Origin: Promethearchaeia archaeon
GTDB taxonomy: Archaea > Asgardarchaeota > Lokiarchaeia > Sigyniarchaeales > SOKP01
NCBI GenBank assembly: GCA_029856155.1
Contig: JAHQWL010000031.1
Coordinates: forward strand, 1 to 49,786
Length of the DNA: 49,786 bases
Reading direction: 5' to 3'
Below, one piece after another: positions 36,843 through 46,634 of the stretch. The first letter of the stretch is position 1. Each line of letters begins with the position of its first letter. Made by a program: the position numbers and the translations under genes. The notes under the pieces were generated by a model. That model made no database searches and was not told where the DNA came from. It saw nothing but the letters and a program-made list of their open reading frames with translations.

Positions 36843-37406
36843 TTAAATTGCCGTCCAGAGTATTGACCTCCCCTTTTTAGCCGCTCGTGTAATTTTTTTA
36901 GAATTTTCTAAATCTGACATTACTTTCCAAATTTGTGAATTGCTTAGTTTAAAGTACCTTCTTAATTCTGGAGTCGTCATTTGTGTACCACTCAATAAAT
37001 TTGGGATTATTCTTATTATTTCTTCAATTGTATTCTCATCAGAATCAATATCTATCCCCTCTTTGTCCTCTTCTTCATTTGATTCCATTTCTGTAATTAT
37101 TCGTGAGGCAATTTTATTTAACTGCTTAATATTATTATCAACATTCTGAGGTTTCATGAAAAGACAACAAAGTTCTAAATCTCTTGGAAAAGCAACAATG
37201 TAAAATTCATCATATAGGATTGCTCGTGGTTTTTTAACAGAATTATTTCCACCACGAAAAGCTAAATAAAAATTCATTGCGAAATCATTTAAATTTACTT
37301 GATTATTTATTTTTGAAAATTCCTTTTTCCATTTTAGGAAAGGGCCATCTATCATATCGAAACCGATTAAAGCGGCTCCAAACATTTCACTTTCGGTAAA
37401 ATTCAA
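36843..37406 (-). CDS. Longin/uDENN-like domain fused to a C-terminal winged helix-turn-helix
   Basis: N-terminal AALIGFDMIDGPFL (F-D-x-x-x-G-P), an acidic linker, then MTTPELRRYFKLSNSQIWKVMSDLENSKKITRAAKKGRSILW. TTGA overlap with the GTPase gene. Confidence 0.6.
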   Translation of the reverse strand: MNFTESEMFGAALIGFDMIDGPFLKWKKEFSKINNQVNLNDFAMNFYLAFRGGNNSVKKPRAILYDEFYIVAFPRDLELCCLFMKPQNVDNNIKQLNKIASRIITEMESNEEEDKEGIDIDSDENTIEEIIRIIPNLLSGTQMTTPELRRYFKLSNSQIWKVMSDLENSKKITRAAKKGRSILWTAI

Positions 37407-38002
37407 TCTTTTAATCTCCTCCTAATTGCTATTTTATCTAATTCTTTTTTAATTATATTTATCAATCTAAGCCGTTCTGAAGGATTAATAGCAGTTAATC
37501 CATAAGTTTTACAATGAAGTACATCCTCAACACGTTTTATATCCATTCGCCCATCATTTTTTACTAGGTCTTGCTTATTTGCAATTGCAATAATAGGACA
37601 TTCCTTTCCTACGAATTTACAAGCATAGTTAATAAGTTCCCTTGAACTTAGAACATTTCGAGGAGTCGAGTCAGTTACTATGAAAATAATATCTGATCCT
37701 AAAAGATAATCTTTTGAATATGCCCTAAGATAACCGCTCTGACCCGCTAGATCCCAAACTCTTAAAAAATAATCTTCAAACTTAACTGTTTTGAGATCTA
37801 ATCCATGAGTTGGAATGTATAGTCTGTCTATCGTCTGTTCAGATAGTAGTTTTAACATTGTAGTTTTTCCTACAGCTGGAGCTCCAATGAACGTAATTTT
37901 TACGAGCCGACTTATTTCAGAACTTAAGATTTTATCTCTTCTCTTTTTTTTTGACTTATTAAGAAGAAATGAAAAAATAGAGAATATGAATCTGGATAAT
38001 AT
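37403..38002 (-). CDS. Arf-like small GTPase with hydrophobic/polybasic N-terminus
   Basis: KITFIGAPAVGKTT lies upstream of the ORF-track ATG. Also YIPTHG, VWDLAGQ, ANKQDL and TA. The start is inferred at ATA 38002 because no ATG/GTG/TTG is in frame before the P-loop. Confidence 0.85.
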   Translation of the reverse strand: MLSRFIFSIFSFLLNKSKKKRRDKILSSEISRLVKITFIGAPAVGKTTMLKLLSEQTIDRLYIPTHGLDLKTVKFEDYFLRVWDLAGQSGYLRAYSKDYLLGSDIIFIVTDSTPRNVLSSRELINYACKFVGKECPIIAIANKQDLVKNDGRMDIKRVEDVLHCKTYGLTAINPSERLRLINIIKKELDKIAIRRRLKD

Positions 38003-38177
38003 CCAAGTATTATAAGTAGATTATATTTTTATATAAAAATTGATGCCAGTAATTACTATTTTTTCCTTAAGAATTCAATATCTTTTTTAATTAATTTTAA
38101 AAATAGGTTAGATTTTTAACATTATATACTAATTTTGTTTAGTTAGATATTGAGAATATATAAATTGTGGAAATTAA

Positions 38178-39857
38178 ATGAGTGATGATAAACGTATTAA
38201 TAAGAATGATAGGAAGATCATAGAAGAAATTGAATCAGTTTGTGGAATATCATTTAGAAGAGTTAATATGGACTCTTATACTACAGTAGAAAATCTCTTT
38301 AATTTTAATGAAGAGGGTTTTATCACTATGCTTGGCTTCGATTTAAAAGAATTAAACTTAGATGATTATAAATTAAAGCTTTTAGGAGATTCTGTAAAGA
38401 ACTTGAGAAATGTAGAGAGATTTCTTTTAAATTGTCCCGAGGGTAAAGGAGTACCAGAATGGTTAAAGGAGTTAAATTATATTAAAACTTTGGTTTTAAC
38501 AGACAGTGATTTATCTAAGATTCCTGAATATATAAAGGAATTCAAAAATCTCAATGCCCTCTATTTAATGGGCAATAGGATCACCAATTTACCTGAATGG
38601 TTAATCACATTAAGTGATTTAAAAATATTCAATTTAAATGATAGAGCTCAGACTCTTGATTTAACAAAATCGAATATGGATATTCTGAGGACTTTACATG
38701 AAAGAAATGTAAAATTATCTGATCCCACATTTAGATTAAATCTCATCATGGGAGTTCCTCTAGATCAAATCAAAATAATCAAAGAGATCAGTTGGTATGA
38801 AGATGGGATAAATCGAGTTTTTTCTGAAAAACTTAATTCTATTAATGAACCTTGGAGAGATCCTCGCACTTATGGCGTATGTCTTCGGATTTTTAATGGT
38901 AAAATTTTACAAATGAGTATTAGCGACACTAATTTAGAGAATCTTCCAGAAGATTTTGGAAACTTAAAAGATCTAAATTTTATATCTATAATAAAAAATC
39001 AATTAACTTCTTTACCAGAATCAATTGGGGTGTTAAATAATCTAAAGGAACTCATGCTATCTGGTAACAACTTAACATCACTACCCGAGTCGTTTGTGAA
39101 TTTAATTTCACTCCAAAAATTAGATTTGAGTAATAACCAGTTCAAAGAGATTCCTACACAATTATGGGCCCTTAAAAAATTAACACAATTAGATTTAAAT
39201 GGAAATCCTTTAAGTAGCGAAGAAAATACAATAATTCAAAAAGTTCCTGATTTAATCAGAGAATACCTAAGAAAGAAAGCTACAATTAGAGTTTTTATAT
39301 CTCATGCAGTAGTGGATTTTGAACCCTATCGTATAGGAGATCTTGTAGAATATCTGGAAAAGCAAAAAGAAATTTCTCAAGTTTACTTCTGTGAGGAAGA
39401 CCTTGCTGGAAATATTGATGAATGGATGTTAGATGCTGTGCAAAAATGTCAGTTGTTGTTGTTTATAGCAACCAATAAATCTGTATTTAATTCTGTGGAT
39501 TGTGCTAATGAATTACAACTCGCGGATAAATTTTCTATTCCAATTATACCTATAAAAGGCTATGATGTAGATTGGACAAATTTAGCAGAAAAGAACCTTT
39601 CTCGCGAACTAGGATTAGAATTTGATAGGGATAATTTTGAAGTTTTTTGTGAGAATTTATATAAATACATTGAGAATTTTAAACGAGAAATTGATTTATT
39701 GGAAAAAGAGGCTAGAGAAAAAGGTATTACAGATATTTATGAGCGATTCCGTCTCATACTAGATGAAGTCGTTAGTGATTTAAAAAGAAATATTTCTAAT
39801 ATTACAGATAAGATGGATAGTCTAGCAGAAAGAATAAATAACCTCGAAAAAAGATAA
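38178..39857 (+). CDS. Leucine-rich-repeat protein with C-terminal TIR domain and coiled coil
   Basis: LRRs such as LKELMLSGNNLTSLPESF and LQKLDLSNNQFKEIP. TIR: RVFISH...LLLFIAT..S..S.DCANEL..A...IPIIPI. Confidence 0.88.
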   Translation: MSDDKRINKNDRKIIEEIESVCGISFRRVNMDSYTTVENLFNFNEEGFITMLGFDLKELNLDDYKLKLLGDSVKNLRNVERFLLNCPEGKGVPEWLKELNYIKTLVLTDSDLSKIPEYIKEFKNLNALYLMGNRITNLPEWLITLSDLKIFNLNDRAQTLDLTKSNMDILRTLHERNVKLSDPTFRLNLIMGVPLDQIKIIKEISWYEDGINRVFSEKLNSINEPWRDPRTYGVCLRIFNGKILQMSISDTNLENLPEDFGNLKDLNFISIIKNQLTSLPESIGVLNNLKELMLSGNNLTSLPESFVNLISLQKLDLSNNQFKEIPTQLWALKKLTQLDLNGNPLSSEENTIIQKVPDLIREYLRKKATIRVFISHAVVDFEPYRIGDLVEYLEKQKEISQVYFCEEDLAGNIDEWMLDAVQKCQLLLFIATNKSVFNSVDCANELQLADKFSIPIIPIKGYDVDWTNLAEKNLSRELGLEFDRDNFEVFCENLYKYIENFKREIDLLEKEAREKGITDIYERFRLILDEVVSDLKRNISNITDKMDSLAERINNLEKR

Positions 39858-39916
39858 TAAAACTTAAATCCAAACTTCTTTTTATAAAAAAAATTATTTT
39901 TTTTGATAAAAACGGA

Positions 39917-40642
39917 TTATTTACTTTTTAAAAGGAAGTTTTTCATCCATTTGGGTAATAAGAATCCTCCATACCAACAAATTGCACTTAAAATCAAAAT
40001 TAATCTAATAATAATGATCGTTGCTTCACTAAAAGGTACAGACGCGTCTAACAATGCTCCAACTGAAAAAGTAATAAAAGCGATTATTAATAGTTTCCCC
40101 TTGAGTTTTACTTCTGGATCTTCAGATTTTAGAGAAAGATTGGCAAATAAAGAGCCTGTAATTACGACGATTAAAAGAAAGATTATTAGGAATACCATTA
40201 TAAAAGACTTATAATTTACATCTACTGGACCATTCAAGTCTCCTATTAAACTTTGATTTAGAAATAGAAAAGTGAAAAACAGGATCTCAAAGATGGTTCC
40301 AATTATGGCAAAGGTCGAAAGAATTATCTTACGTTTTTCAGAATACAAGAACTCCGTAAAAGCTAATAACCAAAAAACTATTGCTAGAGGGATAAAAAGA
40401 TTTCCTATTAGAAAATATACCCCTTCAGGAATTCCAACACCATTAATTAGTGCTACCAGAAAGGAGAGGCTAGAGGGCCACCATGGTTCAGATATAAAAA
40501 TCCAGGTTGCTCCAACTAAAAAATAAATCCTTTCTTTATATTTAAAGAATCTCGAGAGTATTATTAAACCTATTAATAAAGAGATCGCTACAAAAATAAG
40601 AGAAAATACTCCATTTATAGTATCTAAAGGACTTAACGACAT
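39917..40642 (-). CDS. Hypothetical 7-TM membrane protein
   Basis: Seven hydrophobic segments in 241 aa and no soluble domain. Confidence 0.7.
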   Translation of the reverse strand: MSLSPLDTINGVFSLIFVAISLLIGLIILSRFFKYKERIYFLVGATWIFISEPWWPSSLSFLVALINGVGIPEGVYFLIGNLFIPLAIVFWLLAFTEFLYSEKRKIILSTFAIIGTIFEILFFTFLFLNQSLIGDLNGPVDVNYKSFIMVFLIIFLLIVVITGSLFANLSLKSEDPEVKLKGKLLIIAFITFSVGALLDASVPFSEATIIIIRLILILSAICWYGGFLLPKWMKNFLLKSK

Positions 40643-40739
40643 ATTCTAATTTTATTTAATTTAATTTGTATAAATAAAAATTAAGAGCTTGGATTATTTA
40701 AATTTTGAATTTTTAGAAAAAAAAATATTATTAATTAAT

Positions 40740-42632
40740 TTAGAGAGCATATAAAAATATTAAAAATATCAATGAAAATAATGTTGGGGCAATTAAACTT
40801 ATGGTTAATAGACTTTGAGATACCCTGATACATTCCTTAAGAGTACTGATTATAGCATTGAAATATAATGGGTCTCCCCAAATCTTAACCTTTTCAAACG
40901 AGTCCTTATAAAGGAATTCTACAGGTTCTAAATTATCCTCAGCCTTTTTGATCAATTTTTCTAATTTTGCTAAAATGTAATTTATTTTTATCTTATCTCC
41001 AATCGGAGAATAACCTCGATTTGAAAATTGCCTAGCTACTGTATGAGAATCTGATGTGGTAATTTCTGCTCTTTCAATACCCTGATTTTGTAGAAAATTT
41101 AAGATATTGGATCGTATTTCTACATAGGCATTGTTTCCGTCGAAATGAATTAATACAGTTTTTTGGTTCGTGATTGTGTTTTTAAATAAATGAAGTACCA
41201 TTCCTCCATATCCAATCCCATCATCTTCAGAAAATTCCTCTAAGTGATCCTTTGCAACACCATATAACTTAGGAGCATATTGGATTTTTTTAACCGTTTC
41301 ACTCTCCATGTACTTTTTAACGACATCAATTAAATCATGGGCTTCTATAGTATTTTTTTTTATTAAGACTTCATCTCCAATTATGGCATTGTGAGAATCT
41401 ACAACGATTATATCTCTATAACCTTTAGATTTAGCAATATTTCTTATATCATTTCCAACTTCTAACTCAATATCATCTGACGGAAGTGGATGTCTTGTTA
41501 TAAACACAACTGGGACATCTCCAACTTCAGTACCAATAAGTTTAGCTGAGTTAGAAATTTTCCTCGTGAAACCCCTAATTTCTTTAATCCATTCAATTTC
41601 TACGTTTTTGGTGATTTCATTTATATCTTGTTTGATTTTCTTAATTATCGCTTCAACATACCCGTGAGTTGTTAAATTTTGAGAATGATCATTGGTTGTA
41701 TGATAAACTGTAGTTCCGGGAATATCTTGAAATGCTCTATAAATATGTTCTGGTAAATCTGAGGATCCACATGTCTTAAAAGGTCCAAAATGAATGTTTG
41801 GTATTACGAATAATCCTTTTATCTTTTTATTATTGATACTTCGGATTATTAAATATTGTATTTTTACTTCAGATTCTTTACCGATATCATCAAAATAACT
41901 CTCAATAAGCTCATCATTTCTATCTGTCAACATAGAAAGTACAAATGCTCTAATAAATGCGTATCCTCTCATTCCTGTTGCTACTTGGTAGATGTTGCTT
42001 ACTTTGAATAATCCTCTTCTGTAAGGGACCGCAAAAAAAAATGCACAAACTATGAAAACTATCATAGCTCTTATGAAAAAATTCAGATTAAATTGCCCTG
42101 TATATAAGCTGTAGGTAATTATTATTGTAAGTGGTTGAATCAGCGCCAATATTATATTTCCACTACGTCCAATAGTAGTGAATGAGAAATAAATAACGAA
42201 GGCAACAATATAAGAGAGAATAGAACCTAATATGAGAAATACTTCCTGCATGGTAATATTATCTACAAGTATAGCAACAATTTGTCCAAGAATAAATGTT
42301 ATTTCTATTATGCCACTAAAAAATGCATTCATTTGAATGGACCATCCAGACGGAGGTGCTTTTAAAAGTGGTGATCTTTTTGAATAAAATCCCATAGAAA
42401 ATAACGTACCAATTCCAGATGTCAAAAAAAAAAGAAATGTAAAACGGAAAAAATGAAGAGGATCAAAATAACTCTTTATTAGAAAATAATGCAATAGTAA
42501 TGATAATAAACCCAATGCAATTGGTATACCAAAAAAGATTGAATATGCTGACTTTCTTGATGAAAAAAATTCCATATATGTAATAATACCCGGAATTTGA
42601 CGACTCTTTTTTTCTTTTACAATCATAACCAA
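40740..42632 (-). CDS. DUF2070 family membrane protein (archaeal; predicted metal-dependent hydrolase domain)
   Basis: N-terminal TMs, then IHFGPF..GSS.LP, HTTNDH, VDSHN, DGNN and TSDSH, with a C-terminal TM. Confidence 0.82.
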   Translation of the reverse strand: MVMIVKEKKSRQIPGIITYMEFFSSRKSAYSIFFGIPIALGLLSLLLHYFLIKSYFDPLHFFRFTFLFFLTSGIGTLFSMGFYSKRSPLLKAPPSGWSIQMNAFFSGIIEITFILGQIVAILVDNITMQEVFLILGSILSYIVAFVIYFSFTTIGRSGNIILALIQPLTIIITYSLYTGQFNLNFFIRAMIVFIVCAFFFAVPYRRGLFKVSNIYQVATGMRGYAFIRAFVLSMLTDRNDELIESYFDDIGKESEVKIQYLIIRSINNKKIKGLFVIPNIHFGPFKTCGSSDLPEHIYRAFQDIPGTTVYHTTNDHSQNLTTHGYVEAIIKKIKQDINEITKNVEIEWIKEIRGFTRKISNSAKLIGTEVGDVPVVFITRHPLPSDDIELEVGNDIRNIAKSKGYRDIIVVDSHNAIIGDEVLIKKNTIEAHDLIDVVKKYMESETVKKIQYAPKLYGVAKDHLEEFSEDDGIGYGGMVLHLFKNTITNQKTVLIHFDGNNAYVEIRSNILNFLQNQGIERAEITTSDSHTVARQFSNRGYSPIGDKIKINYILAKLEKLIKKAEDNLEPVEFLYKDSFEKVKIWGDPLYFNAIISTLKECIRVSQSLLTISLIAPTLFSLIFLIFLYAL

Positions 42633-42767
42633 AGATAGTGGATGAATTTAAATTGATAACACTTAATTGACAAACTTTCTTCTAATGTAATGAATAATTA
42701 ATACAAATTTATCTTTATGTAAAAAATTATAATATAATATAAAACAAAACATTCTTTTATAAGGAAT

Positions 42768-43856
42768 ATGGAAAAAAAAACACAAGAATTGATACATCTA
42801 GCGAATAAGAGGTTTACTGAAGTACTTTCCGATGGATTTAAATTATTTATTAAAGCTTACAAAAACTTGATAATACCATTAGCCCTCTTTCAGATATTTT
42901 TGATTGCTTTAAACGTTTTGCTATTAACCGATCTTAATTGGTATATCGATTCACTAAGAGTATCTATTGATGCAATTATGGAGAAATTTATTGAAAATAT
43001 ATCTCTTACGGAGAGCGAGTTAAATGAACTAGCTTACTTTCTTTTTATGACTTTAGCTCAATTTTTTCTTCAAAATTTAATAGGAGCTATAATCATTACT
43101 ATTGCTATGTGTTCAGTCAGTAATTATGTTTTTAAATTTTATATGAAAGAAGAGGTTAGGTTTACAGAATCGTTTAAATCAGCATTCAATAAAAAGATGC
43201 TAATTGTAATTTTAATTATTGGGATCTTTTTACCAATAGGATCTTTTCTCTTACTTTTTCCAGCTATCATTATATTTGGATTTTTCATTTTTCTAATTTT
43301 CACTTACAATATAGGAGACGGAAAAAGTCCAATCTCAGAAGCCCGCTCTATTGCTAAAAAATCTTTCTGGAAAATAATAGGAATTTTTGTTATTAATACT
43401 CTTTTCATTTTAATAATAGATTATATAGTTACAGCTATTTTAGATTTTTTTCTAATAAATGACTCAACCAAACCAATTATTAGTAGTTGGTATAATCCAG
43501 CAACTAGAAATTTTGGAATGTTAATTCTTTATAATATACTATACAGTATTGTTGATATTATTTTTGCACCACTATTTATCTGTCTATTAACCGCATTATT
43601 TTCTTCTTTAAAGGCAAAAAGAGATTTAAAAATTCAATATCAACAAGGTTATTATCCAGAAAGAGAATTATATCAAAAATCTTATAAAATTCTCAAGCAA
43701 AAACCCATTAATCGTGTTGAAACCGAAGGAACTACAATATCTCCAGATATAAGACTTGATAGTAGATTTTATTGCCCATTTTGTGGAGTTTCAATCGATA
43801 GTCCAAAGAAATTTTGTCCACGTTGTGGGGAGAGCCTAACATTTATAGAAGAATAG
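42768..43856 (+). CDS. Membrane protein with C-terminal zinc ribbon
   Basis: 5-6 TM helices and CPFCG...KFCPRCG. Confidence 0.75.
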   Translation: MEKKTQELIHLANKRFTEVLSDGFKLFIKAYKNLIIPLALFQIFLIALNVLLLTDLNWYIDSLRVSIDAIMEKFIENISLTESELNELAYFLFMTLAQFFLQNLIGAIIITIAMCSVSNYVFKFYMKEEVRFTESFKSAFNKKMLIVILIIGIFLPIGSFLLLFPAIIIFGFFIFLIFTYNIGDGKSPISEARSIAKKSFWKIIGIFVINTLFILIIDYIVTAILDFFLINDSTKPIISSWYNPATRNFGMLILYNILYSIVDIIFAPLFICLLTALFSSLKAKRDLKIQYQQGYYPERELYQKSYKILKQKPINRVETEGTTISPDIRLDSRFYCPFCGVSIDSPKKFCPRCGESLTFIEE

Positions 43857-43879
43857 CTAACATAAAAAGTTGATTAAAA

Positions 43880-44671
43880 ATGTACATAAATATTGAAAGG
43901 AAGTTTGAATTAGAAAAAAATAACATTAAGAATCCAATTGTGTTAATAGGATGGCCTGGAATTGCGTTAGTTGCTAAATTAGCAATTACTTCAATTCAAG
44001 AATCATTAAATGCAAAAGAATTTTTGAATATTACTTGTTTTGATTTTCCTCCAAAATCAATCGTAGAAAAAGGGTCATTAGAAATACCTTCAGCAAAGTT
44101 GTATTACAAGCCAACTGATAAAGAGGATGGAAATGATTTTTTCATTCTAACCGCAAGTTATCAACCCACCAATCCAGAGGGTGTTTTTGAATTTTCTAAA
44201 ACTTTTTGTGAAGAAATGGATAAAATAACTGGTAGAAACATAAGAATGTATGTGAGTACTGGTGCTATGATTTCTGATATTATACATGATACTCCCTTAG
44301 TTTATGTATGTGGAACTGACCAAGATTTAGTTCAAACATTTTTAAAAATGGAAAACACTAAACTGTATGAGGGAGGATATATCTCAGGAGCAAATGGTAT
44401 CCTCCCAGCTTGGGCGGGAGCAAATAATTTTGCTCCAGGAATTTGCTTATTAGCTGAAACTTTACCATTACCAATGATGACATTAGATCCGCGAAGTTCT
44501 AAAGCTCTGGTTACACTGTTAAAAGATTATTTTTCAATAGATATGGATTTTAGCAAACTTAATGAAAAAATAAAGGAAATGGAACATATATTTGAATCCT
44601 TTAAAAAACAAGCAGACCAGTTCATGAAACCGCCTACCGAGGATAGTGGGGCTGATTCATACTTCCGTTAA
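43880..44671 (+). CDS. PAC2 family proteasome assembly chaperone
   Basis: LIGWPGIALVAK, DFPP, YQP, ISGANG, ICLLAET, DPRSSK and a C-terminal YFR. Confidence 0.85.
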   Translation: MYINIERKFELEKNNIKNPIVLIGWPGIALVAKLAITSIQESLNAKEFLNITCFDFPPKSIVEKGSLEIPSAKLYYKPTDKEDGNDFFILTASYQPTNPEGVFEFSKTFCEEMDKITGRNIRMYVSTGAMISDIIHDTPLVYVCGTDQDLVQTFLKMENTKLYEGGYISGANGILPAWAGANNFAPGICLLAETLPLPMMTLDPRSSKALVTLLKDYFSIDMDFSKLNEKIKEMEHIFESFKKQADQFMKPPTEDSGADSYFR

Positions 44672-44763
44672 TTATATGTATAATAAATCCTATTTTAATT
44701 ATAATTTATAAAATAAAGAAAATTAAATAATATTTAATTGGAATTCTACTTAATTGATTCAAT

Positions 44764-45753
44764 GTGCTAGATACCAGTATTCTTGAGAATAATAAAGAAA
44801 TCAAAGATAAAATTTCTAACAAATTAAATGGAATCAAAGAACAATCCCGTAATTATATAAAGGATATTGTTACTCTAATTAATAAAGAGGTGGGCGTTAA
44901 TAAAGTCTTATCAATTTTACTATTTGGGAGCCAAAGAACTAAAAATTCTAAAGATGTAACAATAGTATCTGATTGCGATTTACTGATTATTTTTAAAGAC
45001 AGGGTCTCAAATCATCATATTAAAGAAATCGAGAAATATTTTATTGCGTTAGAAATTAAACATAATTTTAAAGAATATGATGACAACTTTTTTAAAAAAG
45101 TATTAGGTGTTATCAACCAAACTACTGGTATATTCAGGAGTCACTTTTTAACTAAAAAGAAATATTGGGAAAGTGTTACCTTTCATAAAATATTTCGCGT
45201 AAATAAAGTATTCTCATCTATATTTGCTCCCAGAAAAATTGTTCTTGGTAATATTTTGATAAATAGTTCAATCCTTTACGGAGATGATTTAAGAGAAGCC
45301 GTCAGGCCAACTATCCAAATTACTTTCCCAGAAATGTTAAGGAGTACTGTTATGAATCTAATGATATCCCTGTTTGCGATCGCAATATCATTCCTTAAAA
45401 AGTTGAATCCAACGAAATATCAATTAGAAGCAATAAAATGGGCTTTAAAAGCATCAAATTATTATTGTTATCGAGATTCAGAAGATCTAAAGACTATTAC
45501 TAAGCGATTTATCTTATTTGAAAAAAATAGATCTCAAAAAAAAGCGAGAAGATTTTTTTCTGATTTTCTTCAATTAAGAAGATCTCCTCATAATGATATG
45601 GGTTTTATGATTCGATGTCCAATTAGACTCATAAAAATTCACATTAAAGCAATACTATTTAAGAAATTGATTAAAAGAAAGGAAAAATTAAGGTTTCCTT
45701 CTAAATATGTTGAACCAATTATTCCTGATCATTCTTTTCCTTTAAGATTTTAA
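44764..45753 (+). CDS. Nucleotidyltransferase (Pol-beta superfamily) domain protein
   Basis: SILLFGS...SDCDLLII motif followed by a helical domain. Confidence 0.7.
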   Translation: MLDTSILENNKEIKDKISNKLNGIKEQSRNYIKDIVTLINKEVGVNKVLSILLFGSQRTKNSKDVTIVSDCDLLIIFKDRVSNHHIKEIEKYFIALEIKHNFKEYDDNFFKKVLGVINQTTGIFRSHFLTKKKYWESVTFHKIFRVNKVFSSIFAPRKIVLGNILINSSILYGDDLREAVRPTIQITFPEMLRSTVMNLMISLFAIAISFLKKLNPTKYQLEAIKWALKASNYYCYRDSEDLKTITKRFILFEKNRSQKKARRFFSDFLQLRRSPHNDMGFMIRCPIRLIKIHIKAILFKKLIKRKEKLRFPSKYVEPIIPDHSFPLRF

Positions 45754-45911
45754 TATTGGTATATAAATATAGAGATCTGATAAGTTTTTTTTGAAATTTT
45801 AAAAATAAAAATATAAATATTTATAAATCTATTTAGAATTGTGCTGTAAAAGAAAATTAAATTTACAATTGCGTAATAAAATAATAAGAATCTATTAAAG
45901 AGGAAGAAAAT

Positions 45912-46460
45912 ATGGCAGAAGAAGTTGATATACGAGAATTATTCTTTGATATATTAGATATTGTCAAATTCGAGCTAAAATTTTACAGATATAAGGAGTC
46001 TCCGATGTTTGAGCGCATCGTTAAGACAAGAGTCTTCCAGCAGAAGCTCCAAAAGTTAAAGGATTTTATTAATACATATTTTGATATCATGTACAAAGAC
46101 GAGGAGAGTCCTATAAATCAAACAGCCCTACATACTCAACTGGATAATATCGCTAGATTAACTAATTATTATGATGATTTATCAGAATTTTATACGGATC
46201 ATACAAAAATAATGATAACGAGAGATAAATTACAAGGGTTAGTTGAATATTCTCATGTTGAAGTGTTATTTCTTATATTCACTAATATTCTTGATTGGGA
46301 ACATTATAAAAGTAGTCTCTTATTTCCTACAGACAAATCTAAGGAAAAAATCTTAAAAGCGTTTCTCAGTAAGCTTGCGAGCTCTGAAATTAAAGATGTA
46401 GAAGATATTATTGACTTAGAACAAGCAATTGATAATTTTGTACAGAGTATTGAAGCTTAA
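45912..46460 (+). CDS. Hypothetical protein (alpha-helical, acidic)
   Basis: 182-aa ORF with a GAGG SD; no recognised motif. Confidence 0.65.
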   Translation: MAEEVDIRELFFDILDIVKFELKFYRYKESPMFERIVKTRVFQQKLQKLKDFINTYFDIMYKDEESPINQTALHTQLDNIARLTNYYDDLSEFYTDHTKIMITRDKLQGLVEYSHVEVLFLIFTNILDWEHYKSSLLFPTDKSKEKILKAFLSKLASSEIKDVEDIIDLEQAIDNFVQSIEA

Positions 46461-46634
46461 TACACAGCACGATACTCCTTAATTTTAATAACATCTAAAT
46501 TTTAATTTATAAAAAGAAAATTTATATTAAAACTGGCTCGTTGTATTCATAGGAATATACACTTTTTCACTGTCAGAGTTCAATTTTTAAAACCTTTAAT
46601 ATATTGAAAAATTCAACTTTTTGGGTAATATTAT

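Noticed and set aside
39917-40642. Rhodopsin or GPCR call for the 7-TM protein
   Set aside because: No retinal-binding Lys in helix 7 and no GPCR motifs; TM count alone is not enough.
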